A stretch of 63,660 nucleotides of DNA, counting the filler, from Lenisia limosa (Eukaryota > Protista > Breviatea): NCBI GenBank assembly GCA_001655205.1. It is 15 parts of 15 records of this genome, joined end to end, with 100 filler letters (N's around TTAATTAATTAA, not from the genome) between each part and the next. Parts side by side here need not be neighbours in the genome. Positions count along the whole stretch, not along the records: positions 13,043 to 14,396 come from LPNZ01001454.1; positions 14,497 to 17,864 come from LPNZ01000514.1; positions 17,965 to 19,514 come from LPNZ01000053.1; positions 19,615 to 22,026 come from LPNZ01005004.1; positions 22,127 to 34,141 come from LPNZ01011298.1; 10 more parts are not named here. One strand, 5' to 3'. Within the stretch, counting starts at the first letter, position 1; each line of letters starts with the position of its first letter. The notes under the pieces were generated by a model. That model was not told the DNA's origin and made no database searches. It saw only the letters and a program-made list of their open reading frames with translations. Of this stretch, positions 12,999-26,866 are shown in pieces. The position numbers and the translations under genes are program-made.

Positions 12999-15900
12999 NN
13001 NNNNNNNNNNNNNNNNNNNNNNNNNNNNNNNNNNNNNNNNNNCGTTTTCCATCAAGCGTATTTTCAGCATTTCCCTTTTAATTCCACAAAACAAACAAGG
13101 GGAAATAGCGATATTTATCAAGGTATCTCAGGAAGGTCAATGACCGCAGGTATTCTTATAAATGCCCGATCTATGATCACTTTCTAATAATCAGAGCTTC
13201 ACTTTTATCACGAAAAAGAATAAATGAAAAAATTTCTATGAATACCTTATATCTCATTTCAAGAGAAATATGTACATACATGTACATGCACAGCTCTATC
13301 TCTAACAATCCATCACGCTTAAACGATAGTAAAATATTATTCGACCCCATCATTTTTCTTACAACTGTGTGCATAGCTTTCTGCATACTTCTCAAGTATA
13401 TTATTCACCCAATCATTTACCTTTAAACTCTGTGTACACAGCTGTGAGAAGATTTGAGTTTCATATCTTTCCCCATTCTGCCAAGGCTTCTTTCATCATT
13501 TACCTCTTGGAGAAATTACTCATACAAGAACATCATTTGTCTCTTACAAGATAATCACTATTTATCTCTTCCCCTTGTAAACTCGTTTCTTCAATTGTTT
13601 TCCCCAAACATACCTGGACGAAGTTACCTTCAAGACCAACAACCGCGCGGGGTCTGCGTTTCTCGGGAACTCCCTCGCCCCATCCAGTCTAAAGACAATA
13701 AAAAGTCCATAAGCGAGGAGAATGGTGCAAGAAGTAAGGGGAATTGCCGAGAAAACCTGATCAAAAACTGACCTGACCAGCTTCGTTCTGTCCGCAGGTG
13801 AAAATGGTTCCTTCCTCTCTGTCCCCGATGAAATCGGCGTGAGAAATCTCCTGGCGTCCACGTTTAAGAGACATACTAAAAGGTTGAACTGGGGAATCAA
13901 TAGCCACTCCTTCCTTTTGTGACCCTGTTTGCCAAAAAATATCATAGATCCCATACCTGCGAAATTTTGCAAAAATAAAAAAAACCGCCCCACAAAACGT
14001 ACTCTCTATGTCAGTTGTTTCTTTGAGGTTCTTGGTTCGATTCTAAAACACGCCAATATTTTTATCATCATTGGTTGGGAGGACTCAAACCCTATGTTAA
14101 ATTGATTTAAAAACAATTTTAAAAGAATGTTATTTAAATCAAATTACTAAAAGAAGGTGCAAAGGAGATAGTATAGCACTAGTGTTGAATCAGAAAATCA
14201 ACAAATCAAAATCCTTGAATTAACTGACATTAAGGAAGTCCCCTTTTACCCTTCACAATGAGTAATCATGCAGGTCTTAGGACACTTCTGATGTTATAGG
14301 CTCAGACGAAGACATGCCGGACCTCCCGGGGTCAGAGTCAGAGATCTCCGAACCCGAATCGGAGTCTTCTTCAGGCTATTCCTCCGAGAGTGACTANNNN
14401 NNNNNNNNNNNNNNNNNNNNNNNNNNNNNNNNNNNNNNNNTTAATTAATTAANNNNNNNNNNNNNNNNNNNNNNNNNNNNNNNNNNNNNNNNNNNNAGTT
14501 GTAAGGCAAATGATTGGGTGAATTAATATTATACTATAATCCAATATCTCTTATAAGCGTGATGGTGGGACGGCTTCGGCCAGATACATCATTATTTTTA
14601 TTTCTCATTGCTATATATGATACGCTCGTCTACAAAAGTCAAAAGTGATCTACGAAGTGCTACTGAGATTTTATGTGAATATCTACACCAAAATAACTTC
14701 AGTGTTGAGCTAAAACACAGCCTTCTTAAGAATGTTTGTTTAATTTAATATGATTTATCCCTGTTATTTTGTATTACACCAAAATAGCGAGTCGTTCCGG
14801 CGAAAAGAGGTGGCTCGAAATTTCATTTAAATGGCTCCAAAGTCGACAAAATTCTCAGGGAGTGTCTTACGATGATGGAGCCCCACGGCCGAATCGTGCT
14901 CATCAAGCTGCTTGCACAGGTTAAAGCTGTCCTCATTATTCGGGGAGGAGGGCACCTTGGAGCGTGGGCGCGGAGGCATGGTAATTTGTCCCTGTGTATT
15001 TATTTGTTTCCCCAGATTTCTAATGTATATATTATTTCTCTTGTTCAAAAACACATTCTCTTTTTATACATTGGCCAGAAAAACATATTTCAGACTTAAT
15101 AATGCTTGTTAAAGACATTCTCCCTGGTTCCAGAACTCGATAACCTCAATGGACATCTGTGACAGTTCTTAGAGTCGCTGCCTGCTCTGAGGCACTCTTT
15201 ATTTTTTTTTCACTCCAAAAAACAATATGAAATGACAAGGTTGGGTCACTGGAAAGAAGCCATGAGGGCATTGAGAAGCTCCCTTGCCACGATGGACGTT
15301 TCGATGATGCGATACTACTATTTAGATTTTTATTTTGAGTTGATGGAGCCCCTTTTCTAAATTTGAGCCGCTCCCGCCACGTCCCTCTAATTACTGTTGT
15401 CTTTTACATGATTGATAGAAAATAGGGCTCCAGTTTTCAAGGAATCTAGACACAGCATTCGTCCAATATGGTTGTCCTCCTGACACTGCATTCTGGTTCT
15501 TACAATTTGTTTTTTCCTCGTCCATAATTAAATGGTATCTGTGAGAGCCCTTGAGAGCTTGAGAGCACTTAGAACCTTACAAGACTATGATAACAATCTG
15601 ATGTTAATCGAATGCTCATGTCGAATCAAAAGTCTTCTGTACGAACCAGCGAAACTGACAAGCACAACGTATAATAATAATTAAAAAAAAAAAAGGGGGG
15701 GGGGGGNNNNNNNNNNACAGAATGCGAATGGTGTGTTCTAGTATTCCTCCAAGGCCCCTATTTATAATTTCGAGAGTTCTCGAGGATTTATCAAGAAACT
15801 CAGTCTTTTTGAACCGAAGTGGAACCCTACCCCTATTACCTTGCAAATGCACGTTCGGCCGGAGCGAATAAGCCGTTTGTGTAGCTCGGAAAGGCGGATG

Positions 15901-16310
15901 GTGTGTTGAGGGACGGAGTGTGGGGAGGAGTTACCTGTAAGGTGAAATGTATAATAAAAAGGGTAGCTGAATCTATAAGTTGATTTGGTTTACAGAGACA
16001 TGTATTGAATTAACTAATTGGAAAGGGGATGTGAAACAGTCTGTACAAAGTACAAAGATGAGACGGTAATGATAGCGTACCATTGGACTGTCAGCCACAG
16101 TAGGCTTCTTCTTGGGTAGCGTGGGGAGGGGAGGGACAGAGTCTTCATCTGTAACCTCCTAAACCAGTAAACTAAAATTCAATTCAGTCCTAATAAAAGA
16201 CTGAATTTCTCGGTAAATCCTCGAAAATTGTTCATATTTCCCCGATATTTTCGAACCAAAGTGAAGCCCCTTCACACTAAATGTAGTTGATTTACTCATA
16301 TTCTCATATT

Positions 16311-16410
16311 TAGGGCTTCACTTTGGTCCGGAAAAGACTGGTAAAATATCAAGAGTTTTCGGGGTTTTATCGAGCAATTCAGTCTTTTTTTGAACCGAAG
16401 TGAAACCCTA
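16311..16410. mobile_element. MITE family A (about 100 bp, TIR GGGCTTCACTT(C/T)GGT, TA flanks)
   Basis: TA-GGGCTTCACTTTGGT...ACCGAAGTGAAACCC-TA, with internal AAAAGAC/GTCTTTT and ATCGA motifs shared with other copies. Confidence 0.8.
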
Positions 16411-17653
16411 CTCACTTATTACACCCCCCCCCCCATACCTTGGGTTCATTCACGCCGGGCGACGGAGAGCGCATTAATACATCGTCTGCGGATTTGGTGT
16501 GCATAGGCAGTACTGAGCCGGACTGAAGGGGGGGGGGGGNNNNNNNNNNNNNNNNNNNNNNNNNNNNNNNNNNNNNNNNNNNNNNNNNNNNNNNNNNNNN
16601 NNNNNNNNNNNNNNNNNNNNNNNNNNNNNNNNCAACTCCTTATTCATTCTTAAGAATCGTATTTATTATTTTGGTTTTAAAAAGTTATTCTTTGTGACCC
16701 CCACTCCTTATTTATCCTTTAAAATTGTATTGAATACTTTGATTTTAAAACACTCTTTTTGTGATTATAATAATTGCCCACCTGCAGCGGTCCCGACACG
16801 AAGGGGCTGGAATGACGAGAGTACCCCGGAACTCTGGCAAGATCCTCTTCACTTGGTAATCCGGAGCGCTGCATTGGGCGCCCTGCTCGGAATGACGTGG
16901 CTGCGCGCAGAGACGCAACGCGTAATACTGATAGGATGCTGTTCTGGTCCACTGGGGGGTGCGGCCGTGGGGGCATTGAGGTGCCTCGAGGTCTTGTTGG
17001 GCTGATTGGCGCGGCTTCTGCTGGATTACGGATGTTTTATTTTCTGATTCCTGAAGTGAAAAGATAAAAAAAAAAGGGGGGAGGGGGGGGGGGGGNNNNN
17101 NNNNNNNNNNNNNNNNNNNNNNNNNNNNNNNNNNNNNNNNNNNNNNNNNNNNNNNNNNNNNNNNNNNNNNCCCATTATTAGAAAAGTCGTTTTTTCGAGA
17201 TAACCCCCAACTGTTTCCACCCCTCGCGATCTGCAAGGCAGTCAAAGCTCCGCCAGTAGGCGGCAGTGACAATCCACGTTGCTCTGAGGCTCGAGCCATA
17301 TTGATGTGACTTTCAAGATGACGGAGGTTGGCCTCCCATTTCTACGGAGTTAATTCTGGTTAATCTTGTGACAATTGAGACTTTACTGCAAACAAAAAGT
17401 AGTAACTAGGGCTCCATGCATGAAAATTAAAATTGATGTGGTTGGTGAAATTGCACAATTTGACGTGGGACATAGTGTAACGAGAACCCTATTTCAGACA
17501 CTTTAATTTCTATTAAATTATTTTCCTCAAAAAAATAATTGCACGGAGCACTAGTAATTACCAACTCACCTCCATCTGAAGTCTACTCCCACCTCCCCTC
17601 TCAGTTAACATTGTAGTTCCTCTATGTGCTATTATATGCATATCATATACATT

Positions 17654-17720
17654 CAGTGACCCGGATAAGTCCTAAAGTGTTTTGCTCTGGAAAATTGGGC
17701 AAGGCTTACCCCGGTCACTG
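17654..17720. mobile_element. MITE family B (about 70-80 bp, TIR CAGTGACC.GG.TAAG)
   Basis: CAGTGACCCGGATAAGTCCT...AAGGCTTACCCCGGTCACTG. Related copies at 36989-37063 and 48851-48928; fragments near 37596, 37700, 60525. Confidence 0.7.
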
Positions 17721-18807
17721 TACCCCTCTTCATCGAAATTTCCTTCGTTTTACGCCCTCCCCACCTTGAGTTTGGCATCTCTCTCGCCCATGGACTTTTC
17801 CCTCCTATCTAATGCTTTTTCTCGTCTTGTCAGCATTGCGGCGCGGACCTGTTGACAGGGATGANNNNNNNNNNNNNNNNNNNNNNNNNNNNNNNNNNNN
17901 NNNNNNNNTTAATTAATTAANNNNNNNNNNNNNNNNNNNNNNNNNNNNNNNNNNNNNNNNNNNNAAATAGGACACTGAAAAATTGGTCACAACATCTCGC
18001 TATTTTCCGCTTTTTTTCTTTCCGAGAGGGGGGAGGGTCAGGGGTAGGAATTTATGAATCTAGCTGAAAGCCAGCTAAAATTGAAAGTTCCATTCTCAAG
18101 CCGAGATTGGAATGGTAAATTATGACCATATTTCGCTTTCCTTATGTTTGCTCTATTCTATCAAAGGTGCAGTTAGAATAAATTTTAGGGCAGTTAGACA
18201 AGAATCAGCCCTCAAAAGGCTTTTTATCCCCTGCTAAACACTTCAAGTTTAGCTTTTGGAGATTAATAGGAGATTAGCTGCCTGTATGAGTATCGTTTGC
18301 GAATAAATACAAAGTTCAAAGCGAGTTCAAAGCTTTGAAACGCCAAGAACTTACCAAGAACAGAGCAGCAGATATTACTTTGAATAAATGTTGAGTTTGG
18401 ATCTTTTAATGCGATGTCCGTCAAGTTTAATCCAATTTACTTCAATAAAATGATTAAAACTAGTTTTAATGTCAGTAGAGCATTAAAGAGTTACTATGCT
18501 TTCCCTTGCCTTCTTTTGAAGTCCCTCTCTTCCTTCTTCCCACGTCTACTGATTGTATTCACTGGGGGCCATTTTATTCTGCTTCAGGAACCTGCTATAT
18601 CGCTACCTCTCCGGACCTTTCCAATCTCGGTTTATTTCTTAGCCATGTTTAGATGGCACTGAAAAAATGATTAATTTTCTGAATATTGTCCGCTTTCTTG
18701 TTCTTTGCGAGAGGGGGATGGATGAACTAAGTAGACGAATTCGGCCAGATAAAACCTTGTTTTATTGCTCATCTCTACTTTTTTTTATATATATCTCACC
18801 GCTGCAG

Positions 18808-18891
18808 GCGGGAGGGATGCTCGCGGACTTGGAGGTGCAGAAACGGCACGCAGTGGAGGATGAGGATTTCGACCTGGCTGCTGAGTTGAAG
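18808..18891 (+). CDS. Exon encoding a UVR (UvrB/UvrC-type) coiled-coil motif
   Basis: AG|AGGMLADLEVQKRHAVEDEDFDLAAELK|GT matches the L..L....A...EDF..AA.L pattern. Confidence 0.55.
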
Positions 18892-21800
18892 GTGAGGAGG
18901 AAAAATGGATCATTTATGAAACAGAGGAGAGGGGAATTAATATCTCAATTGATTACATTTGTTTAGCCTTGTCAACTTCACTAGGATAAGATTGACACTT
19001 TAGGATAAGATTGACTCTTGAGGATAACTTTTTAATTACTTTCTCAGTTAATTGCACAGAGTTTTAGTCTCAACGTTTCTAGGACAAAATTGACGGTCTG
19101 CGTATTACCACCGACCGCGAACTCGGCATCGCTGAGCTGCTTGGCAGAGTGGGAGGGGCTTAAGGATGAGGTGGGGATGCAACACAATACTTATTTTCAC
19201 ATTTTGCCATCTTTTACTTCATTTCTTCTTTCACATATTGTCATCTTTCACATTTCAGCCAAAAAGCAGTCGGACAGGTCAATTCGGCAGCCTTGGTAGG
19301 GCTTCTTTGATAACAAGAAACAACATCAAATCAAATCAAATGACATCTTTTTTGCTAAAGGGGGGATCTTCCGAGTTAGAGCTTCAGTTGCGGTTTCAAA
19401 AAAGGCCTCATCAAAAAAAAGGGGTGGCAGCAAAAAGACCAACCCTTCTTGGGTATCATCATCAGAACATCCAACAGAGTTTATTCTGATTCAGACATTT
19501 TTCATCCTTCTGTCNNNNNNNNNNNNNNNNNNNNNNNNNNNNNNNNNNNNNNNNNNNNTTAATTAATTAANNNNNNNNNNNNNNNNNNNNNNNNNNNNNN
19601 NNNNNNNNNNNNNNAACAACAAATGAAGGGCTATGAGAATGCATCCTGAATGCTTCCTTTGTCAGGAAACAAGCGCAAACGCAGTAAAACAGAAAAATGT
19701 TGGCTTTATTGGTCCTTTTTGGACCGTGTAGAGGCCCTATTTTTAAATATCATAGTATGGTGGAAGCCAAATCGAAGTAGAGTAAAATGTTAAAAATCTG
19801 CTACGAGAAAGGGGGAAGGTGATAATGAGAGAAATAACAACAACAAAAACTGGACACTCTTATAAGGCCCAATCTGCACCTTCTTGTTTATCAGAATATT
19901 GGTTAGGACTCCTTGCAATAGTATCACTTTCGCGCATGTTGGAACTAATCTAGCAACACAGAATGAAAGAAGGTCAGACCCAAAATAGCAACAACAGCAA
20001 ATGAAGGACCGAAAACAAACATAAGAAACCTGGACAAACCTCTCTTCGTGTCTCCTGGAGATTGCTTTGCTGCTCATTGAACCTTTTCTCGGCTTGAAGC
20101 TGAGTCCTTCGTGTTTGGAGGTTTTTAGTATGGTTCAGCCTGCCGCTCTCTGGGTCTTCTCCTCTCCTACAACAGGTTAGTTGATCCAGAAAATGCATCA
20201 GTAAAGGCTATTAAGAAAAGAGAATCTTGTTATTGAAAGCAGAGAAGGCCCAGCTTCCTATGCTGCGTTTCATAACGTTCCCATAAAAATGAAAGGGCCT
20301 TGTGGGCAAAGCGAGGGAGGGAACTTCAAAAGTGCTGTTTGTCATCCAGAAAACATACTTTGTGATCCTCATTGTTCCTTTTTGCGTTCTGGTTACGCTG
20401 AGGTCCGCCTCGCGCCTCTCCTTGGGCTTTTCTGGCTTTACAGGCGCCATTTCACCCAGCTTTCTTTGCTCTATTTATATATATCTGTTTTATATTTTTA
20501 TATACCGTTTCTAAGTCTTTACTGTTCTCAACTAGCTTATTTGATTTTTCAAACTGTTTTTATACTGGTACCCCGGAACCCGGTTGCTATAAAAAATGAC
20601 AAAGAAATCAGTGGTATCTTTTATTCAGCCTTCTTCTACGGTGAATCTGTGTAAAATATTTAATTAATTGTTAAATCAGGGCTAAGCTTCAGGATTCATC
20701 GATACAATGTACCAATAAAGTTCGTCTGAAGGCACCTATTTTGGTTTGGAGGGTGAAAGTTGTCTCTATTTAATTAAATTACTGAAAATTTGGCCATTAA
20801 AAATCAGGTGCCATGAAAACCAACGATATTTATAACTTCCCACTAGCTCTAAGCCATTTCTCTTTCCCATCCCGCGCTATCATTCTTGAATTGATCTAAT
20901 TAAGCAGATAAGAACGCCTACTGCTGGAAGTGGGACACTGCTCCCTTCCCTCTAAAATGGTTTTCATTCCCCCAGACCAGTTTTACCATGCTTTTAAGAA
21001 GCTAACTCAAGATGCCGTAGGGGAGGTTTCTGAACTCATTTAACTCAATTATTTTATTTGACATATTTTATTTATGGAGACTTGAGCCTCATTTTATCTT
21101 AATCTTCTATATCTTATCATACGACTTTTCTGTCATGGTCATCTGCTTTATTTTATTTATCCCATTGTTGTCTACTACATTTCTTTTTCATACACTTCCC
21201 TATTTGCTATTTGAGAACTAGAACCAGCAACATTACCCAACTGCTTCTACCAAATAAAGGCGAAATTTGAGGTTCAACCAACAGTTGCAAAAACAAAAGA
21301 ACTGTTTTTTTTATATCACAAAAAAAAAATTGACGCAAAAACTTTTTTTATTGTTACTAAGAGCGCCGTGACACCTCCTGAGTTTTTTTGTACTAATAGC
21401 AATGTAGTCTGATATCACCGTGTTTGCTGCCACGAGTGTTGAGGGAGTCTGTACAGCGCTCATGATCACAGTGAGATGGATTTTTATCACTGTCTCTACG
21501 TGCGAATGATGGAGTTGCGGGTTATTATCGCTGTCTCTATGTGACGGATTGTGTCGTGTCCAAAATGGAAATATTATTTTACAAAATTTCCTTCGTTTTA
21601 CCCCCCCCCCCCAGGAGTACTTTAAGCATCGAGGGTGTCGATACGAAGTTNNNNNNNNNNNNNNNNNNNNNNNNNNNNNNNNNNNNNNNNNNNNNNNNNN
21701 NNNNNNNNNNNCATCCTATACTGCCATCAGTGAGACTCTCACAGCGGCCACGGTGGGAGCAAGCTGGTTTCAATTTATATCATATATATAGTATACTAGA

Positions 21801-22165
21801 TAGTGAACAGGAAAGTCTTGACCGGTTTTCTTGAGGAAATCACATAACAAATCGGACAAGATTTATCCCGGTCATAGGGAGTATGATGTGGTAAATACAA
21901 CTGTTTGTAAGTGTAGAAGCGTTTATTTATAAAGAAGAAAAGGAAACGAACTCTACAAAAAATATAATGATTAGAGCTTGATGTGGAAGATAGAGTCACC
22001 AGGGGAGTAGCTGAGGGGGGGGGGGGNNNNNNNNNNNNNNNNNNNNNNNNNNNNNNNNNNNNNNNNNNNNTTAATTAATTAANNNNNNNNNNNNNNNNNN
22101 NNNNNNNNNNNNNNNNNNNNNNNNNNTAATAATACTGCTTGTAAATAAGACGCATCATTGCTCAC

Positions 22166-22860
22166 AGAGTCAAACACGCATTGGCGGAGTGAATATCTCT
22201 GAGGGCATTGCGAAAGTCCACATTGACAAAGCTGAGCAATTTCCTCTTGGCAACGTGATTGCTGTGCTTTTCCTTGTACCTCTGGTTACCTGGCGCTGCT
22301 TCCATGAAACGAATTGCTTTCTGGTTGGGGAAGGGGTGAAATTGGAAAATATTGAGCAAAAATATCCAATCTGTGGAAATATCGGGGAGGGAGGGGGGTG
22401 CAAAGAAAACTGAAACGCACCTTGGCAGCCTCGATTAGAGACTTTCCCTCTGCCCGGGTCTCATAAATCATGCCGAAGCCTGCCTGCAAGAGTCAATCGT
22501 CAATAATAATGCGCTATCTGCATGACTCAGTGGAAAAGGCAGAAGGCATTTTGGTTGCTTAAACCTGACAAAATGGAATAATAGCTATATATATATTAGA
22601 TATAGTATATATTATATCATATATGAAATGATATAGTATATTATATCATATAATACTCATTGATACACTATTGATTATTTACAGAATCCGATATGGAGAT
22701 CCAGCCATCCCACCAGGGCCATCTGCGGGGTAACTTTATCTGATACGGCCATGAGGATTCCGTCAGTCTGCATGTTCTCCTGAAACACTTTCCTAGAGTG
22801 GTGACTTGGTGGTACTTGCTTTGGCTTCAAAAGGATGAACATCGATATTGTATCTGTCAT
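22166..22860 (-). CDS. Multi-exon helical (possibly TPR-like) protein fragment
   Basis: Exons AGFGMIYETRAEGKSLIEAAK | KAIRFMEAAPGNQRYKEKHSNHVAKRKLLSFVNVDFRNALRDIHSANACLTL* with canonical junctions. The TPR resemblance is weak. Confidence 0.35.
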
Positions 22861-23002
22861 TTTGGAGCTGAAACATAATATACTAGAAGATGTAAAAAAA
22901 AAATATATATATACAGCGACACTCTCATGGATGCAAAAAAGGAACAGTAAAATAGCAAAATCTAATTGGCCTTAGGAGTCCTCCCTTAATCTGCGTTATA
23001 TC

Positions 23003-23100
23003 TACGACTTCACTTTCGGTTCCAAAAAAGACTAAATTTTTCGGTAGATCCCGATAAATATCGGTATTTCACACGTCTTCTGGAACCGAAGTGAAGCTCT
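23003..23100. mobile_element. MITE family A copy
   Basis: GACTTCACTTTCGGTTCC...GGAACCGAAGTGAAGCTC. Confidence 0.7.
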
Positions 23101-23988
23101 CACCGCACCGATCATCAACACGATGTTCGGCCGAAATAAGNNNNNNNNNNNNNNNNNNNNNNNNNNNNNNNNNNNNNNNNNNNNNNNNNNNNNNNNNNNN
23201 NNNNNNNNNNNNNNNNNNNNNNNNNNNNNNNNNNNNNNNNNNNNNNNNNNNNNNNNNNNNNNNNNNNNNNNNNNNNNNNNNNNNNNNNNNNNNNNNNNNN
23301 NNNNNNNNNNNNNNNNNNNNNNNNNNNNNNNNNNNNNNNNNNNNNNNNGCTGTCAACCCCAGAACGACAAAACACAAAGCCCAGGCCAGTCGCTTTTGCA
23401 TCCCACTCCAGAGACACATACATACATATATGATATATGATATAGTATATATATAATATGTATAGTATATATCATATATAAAACAATGGGGGGGGGGGGG
23501 NNNNNNNNNNNNNNNNNNNNNNNNNNNNNNNNNNNNNNNNNNNNNNNNNNNNNNNNNNNNNNNNNNNNNNNNNNNNNNNNNNNNNNNNNNNNNNNNNNNN
23601 NNNNNNNNNNNNNNNNNTGAATTAATCTTTTTGATATTAAAAGCTGGTGAAATTTATAATACATCACTGATACCAAACATGCCTTCAATATTCAACCTAT
23701 AAGGCATCAGCCAAACCCACTGTTCTGTCAAAAAGAACAAAACCAAGGAGGGAGTGGATGTGGGAGATCCTCACTACTTCCCCAGAGTCTGTCACAACCT
23801 AAACATTAGATTAAATTTCACTACAGGAGGGAAGAGATGCATGAAACAATAAACACTTAAAGAAAAACATATTTCAATCAAAAATCGGATATTGATCAGA
23901 AGTATTCAATGTAGATTACTATTAATCATATCTAAAGAGTCCCATAACGTGCTTCAGTCCAAAATAGACTGAATTCATCGATAAAGTT

Positions 23989-25900
23989 TCAATAAATATG
24001 GATATTTGCCCTGTTTTGTCGGACCCCACCCACATCGTTAACTGCAATAGGGTTGAAGGCCACATTGAGAATGAAGACAGCAAAGAGGCCAAGAGAGAAC
24101 ACTGCAACAAAGGCGGCTACACCACTGTAGTTATCTATCGAGGTCAAAGACTGAAAAAATGATCTGTAAAATATCAAGATTTATTGAACAATCGTGCTAT
24201 TCTGAACGACAGCCATTAGGAAGAATGTAGATCAACTGCTGCGGCAAAAACAAGCAATATGACCTACCAGTCCAATGGATGACGGTGGTGACAACAATGA
24301 GCCCCAAAGCCGCTACACAGGCCATGCAGAACAGCGTCACATACACCGTGACATAATGCTCTGAAATGGTCATTTCATCCCCAGGTACTTCTACAACTGC
24401 AAAGGGTATATGGATCTGTTCATCAAAGTTGGGACTATGATAGTTCGACATCCTCCAACTTGCAGCTAGGGGTTTGAAAGGTCCGAACACTAGACGACGA
24501 CAGATTTCTTCTCTCAAATTCACACCAGCTATGACCACTGCCTGGAACGTCAGTGTATGCTTGGATAGCTAAGAGAACGTCAGTGTATGCTTGGATAGCT
24601 AAGAGAGGGGTATCTGTAGAGCATATGAAGCTAAATAATAAAACAGCTGGAAATATCGATATATTCAAGGATTTATCTGAGTCTTTAAAGTGACATCCAC
24701 GCAACGAATGCTCACCTTCTGCATCATAACGGAGTAGAAGATGATGAGGTAAAACAAGGCCGTAAGAGCATACGCCGCCGCCACCATTATCAAGGTCCTT
24801 TGCTGCACTCCAAGCTCTTGCATTGTGACAACCAAGCACGCCACAACCCCTCCTAAAATAGGTAAAATGTGGGTGTCGATGTGGGGGTGTATTTTACGTG
24901 TATATACAGTGTACATGTATGTATGTATATCACATATATGTACATGTATATAATTACATGTATATATCAGATACAATCATAAATATATATGTATATAATA
25001 TATGATATATATATATATATATAGTATACTATATATCATATATATTGTATAGCAATGAGAAATAAAAAAAAACAAGGATGTACCTGGCCAAAGCCAACAA
25101 CTAAATTAGTAGATATGAACAGAGGAGGGGGTACGGAAGAAACAAAATAAACCGTCAGTATAGCAGCCTTTGTACCAACCTTGCATCAAAGTAATCAGGC
25201 AAAACAGAACAAAAACAGTCCGACGAGTTTCCTCCTTTTGGGCTCCTCTAACCATCTTCTTGAAGAAACTAATCAATCATCTTCGTGTATGGGGGCTGTC
25301 AATATGCAGAAACGACATTATCAGGCCATGCTGATGCAGACCTCCCAGCCCTCGCACCTTTCCTTCTTGATGGCCTTGGGCTTTGTTGGAGTGAAGACTA
25401 AGAAAGGACCCATCATCGTAGTAACTGTGGAGAAGAGATAGAAGCCTCGGACAAGACTGTCATTCTGAAGACCAATTAATATTCTCAATTTCCTTCATTT
25501 TAACCACTCAAGCTATTTTGAGCAGCTTCAATGTTATGAGAAATAATCCCCACCATAATCCTACCCATAATCCCCCCCCCCCCNNNNNNNNNNNNNNNNN
25601 NNNNNNNNNNNNNNNNNNNNNNNNNNNNNNNNNNNNNNNNNNNNNNNNNCACCAGAGCCGCAATCAGATACACAAGGGCAACGGTGCGTGGCCACACAAC
25701 CACCGCTCGAAACACCGACTCCACTGATCAATGAGTGAAAGGAACAAGGAAAAGCCGATTGGGAAACAGGGAGGTGGATGCGCGTTTTGGAGATAGGACA
25801 CGAACCATATTTTTTGATTGAGAATAAAACCGCTGAAACCGAGACGGTCACTGCCGTGGATACCCTGTAGAGTGAAGCAAAATCCAGGATCATGACTTTG
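23989..25900 (-). CDS. Multi-pass membrane protein, unknown
   Basis: Successive hydrophobic exons (RTVALVYLIAALV; TLIMVAAAYALTALFYLIIFYSVM; VYVTLFCMACVAALGLIVVTTVIHW; VAAFVAVFSLGLFAVFILNVAF). Confidence 0.45.
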
Positions 25901-26285
25901 AATTCAAATAACCACAATAAGCAATGATACTATACATATTAAGGTTAACAGAAGCATACAGAACAAGCTGAAGTGCGTTCATTGCAGCAAGACCAAGGCT
26001 TTCGGTGGGTTTATCTTGCCCTGTATACCGAGGACACAGTTGACAGTTAAGTTTAGTTCGTTTGGTGGAGCCAAGGTGGAGCGGTGGGAGCAAAGGAGTC
26101 AACTTACCTCAAATTGAAAGATCAAATGATCCAAGCTCAGCACCGTGCCTGACACATATCATTGTCATCATGCTCCATCTTTTCAAATCAAAATCAATCA
26201 TACATTATACAATACTACTTCTGGGCGCTGCTGAGCTATTGAGCACAAATTTGGGATGAGAAAGAACCTTGCAACGCAACATTTC

Positions 26286-26866
26286 ACTAGTATTTCGAGA
26301 CTTGAACGTATTTGAATTTGTAGTTCTGCATAATATCATTCTTGACTTCTTGCTTTTCTTTTTGAATCTTCTTCTTCTTCTTCTTCTTGTTTTCTTTTCC
26401 GGACTTCTTCTTCACCTAAAGAAGATTAACTTCATGTAATACATCTTTAAAAAAGGGGTTATCTTTCATCGTTCAACAACGGTATGTACGCGACAAACAT
26501 CATCTGCATAAGTACAACAGATATATAATTTATTTAGAGTAATCTATAAGAAGATGAACTAATAAGAAACAAAGGAGATATAGAAAAGAAAGTAGAGCAA
26601 ATCAAGAATAATATGTGTGCGTCCATTTTATATGCCCATTTTTATGACAAAAAGAGAAGAAAAAAAAACCCTCCATCCACCAACCTCGCTGAGTTTTGAG
26701 GAGAAAAGCTCCGATTTTTTGACTGTTGAACTGTCCCCCTTTAGCAACTCCTTCAGCGCATTTTCCTTAGCTTGCTTCTCTGCCTCAGTCTTCTTCTTTT
26801 TAGGCTTCTTTATACCCTTCTTCTTTTTCTTCTTCATTCCAACATCAGGTTCCATCACATCATCCT
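26286..26866 (-). CDS. Lys-rich C-terminal exons, unknown product
   Basis: DDVMEPDVGMKKKKKKGIKKPKKKKTEAEKQAKENALKELLKG... | VKKKSGKENKKKKKKIQKEKQEVKNDIMQNYKFKYVQVSKY* with canonical junctions. Confidence 0.4.
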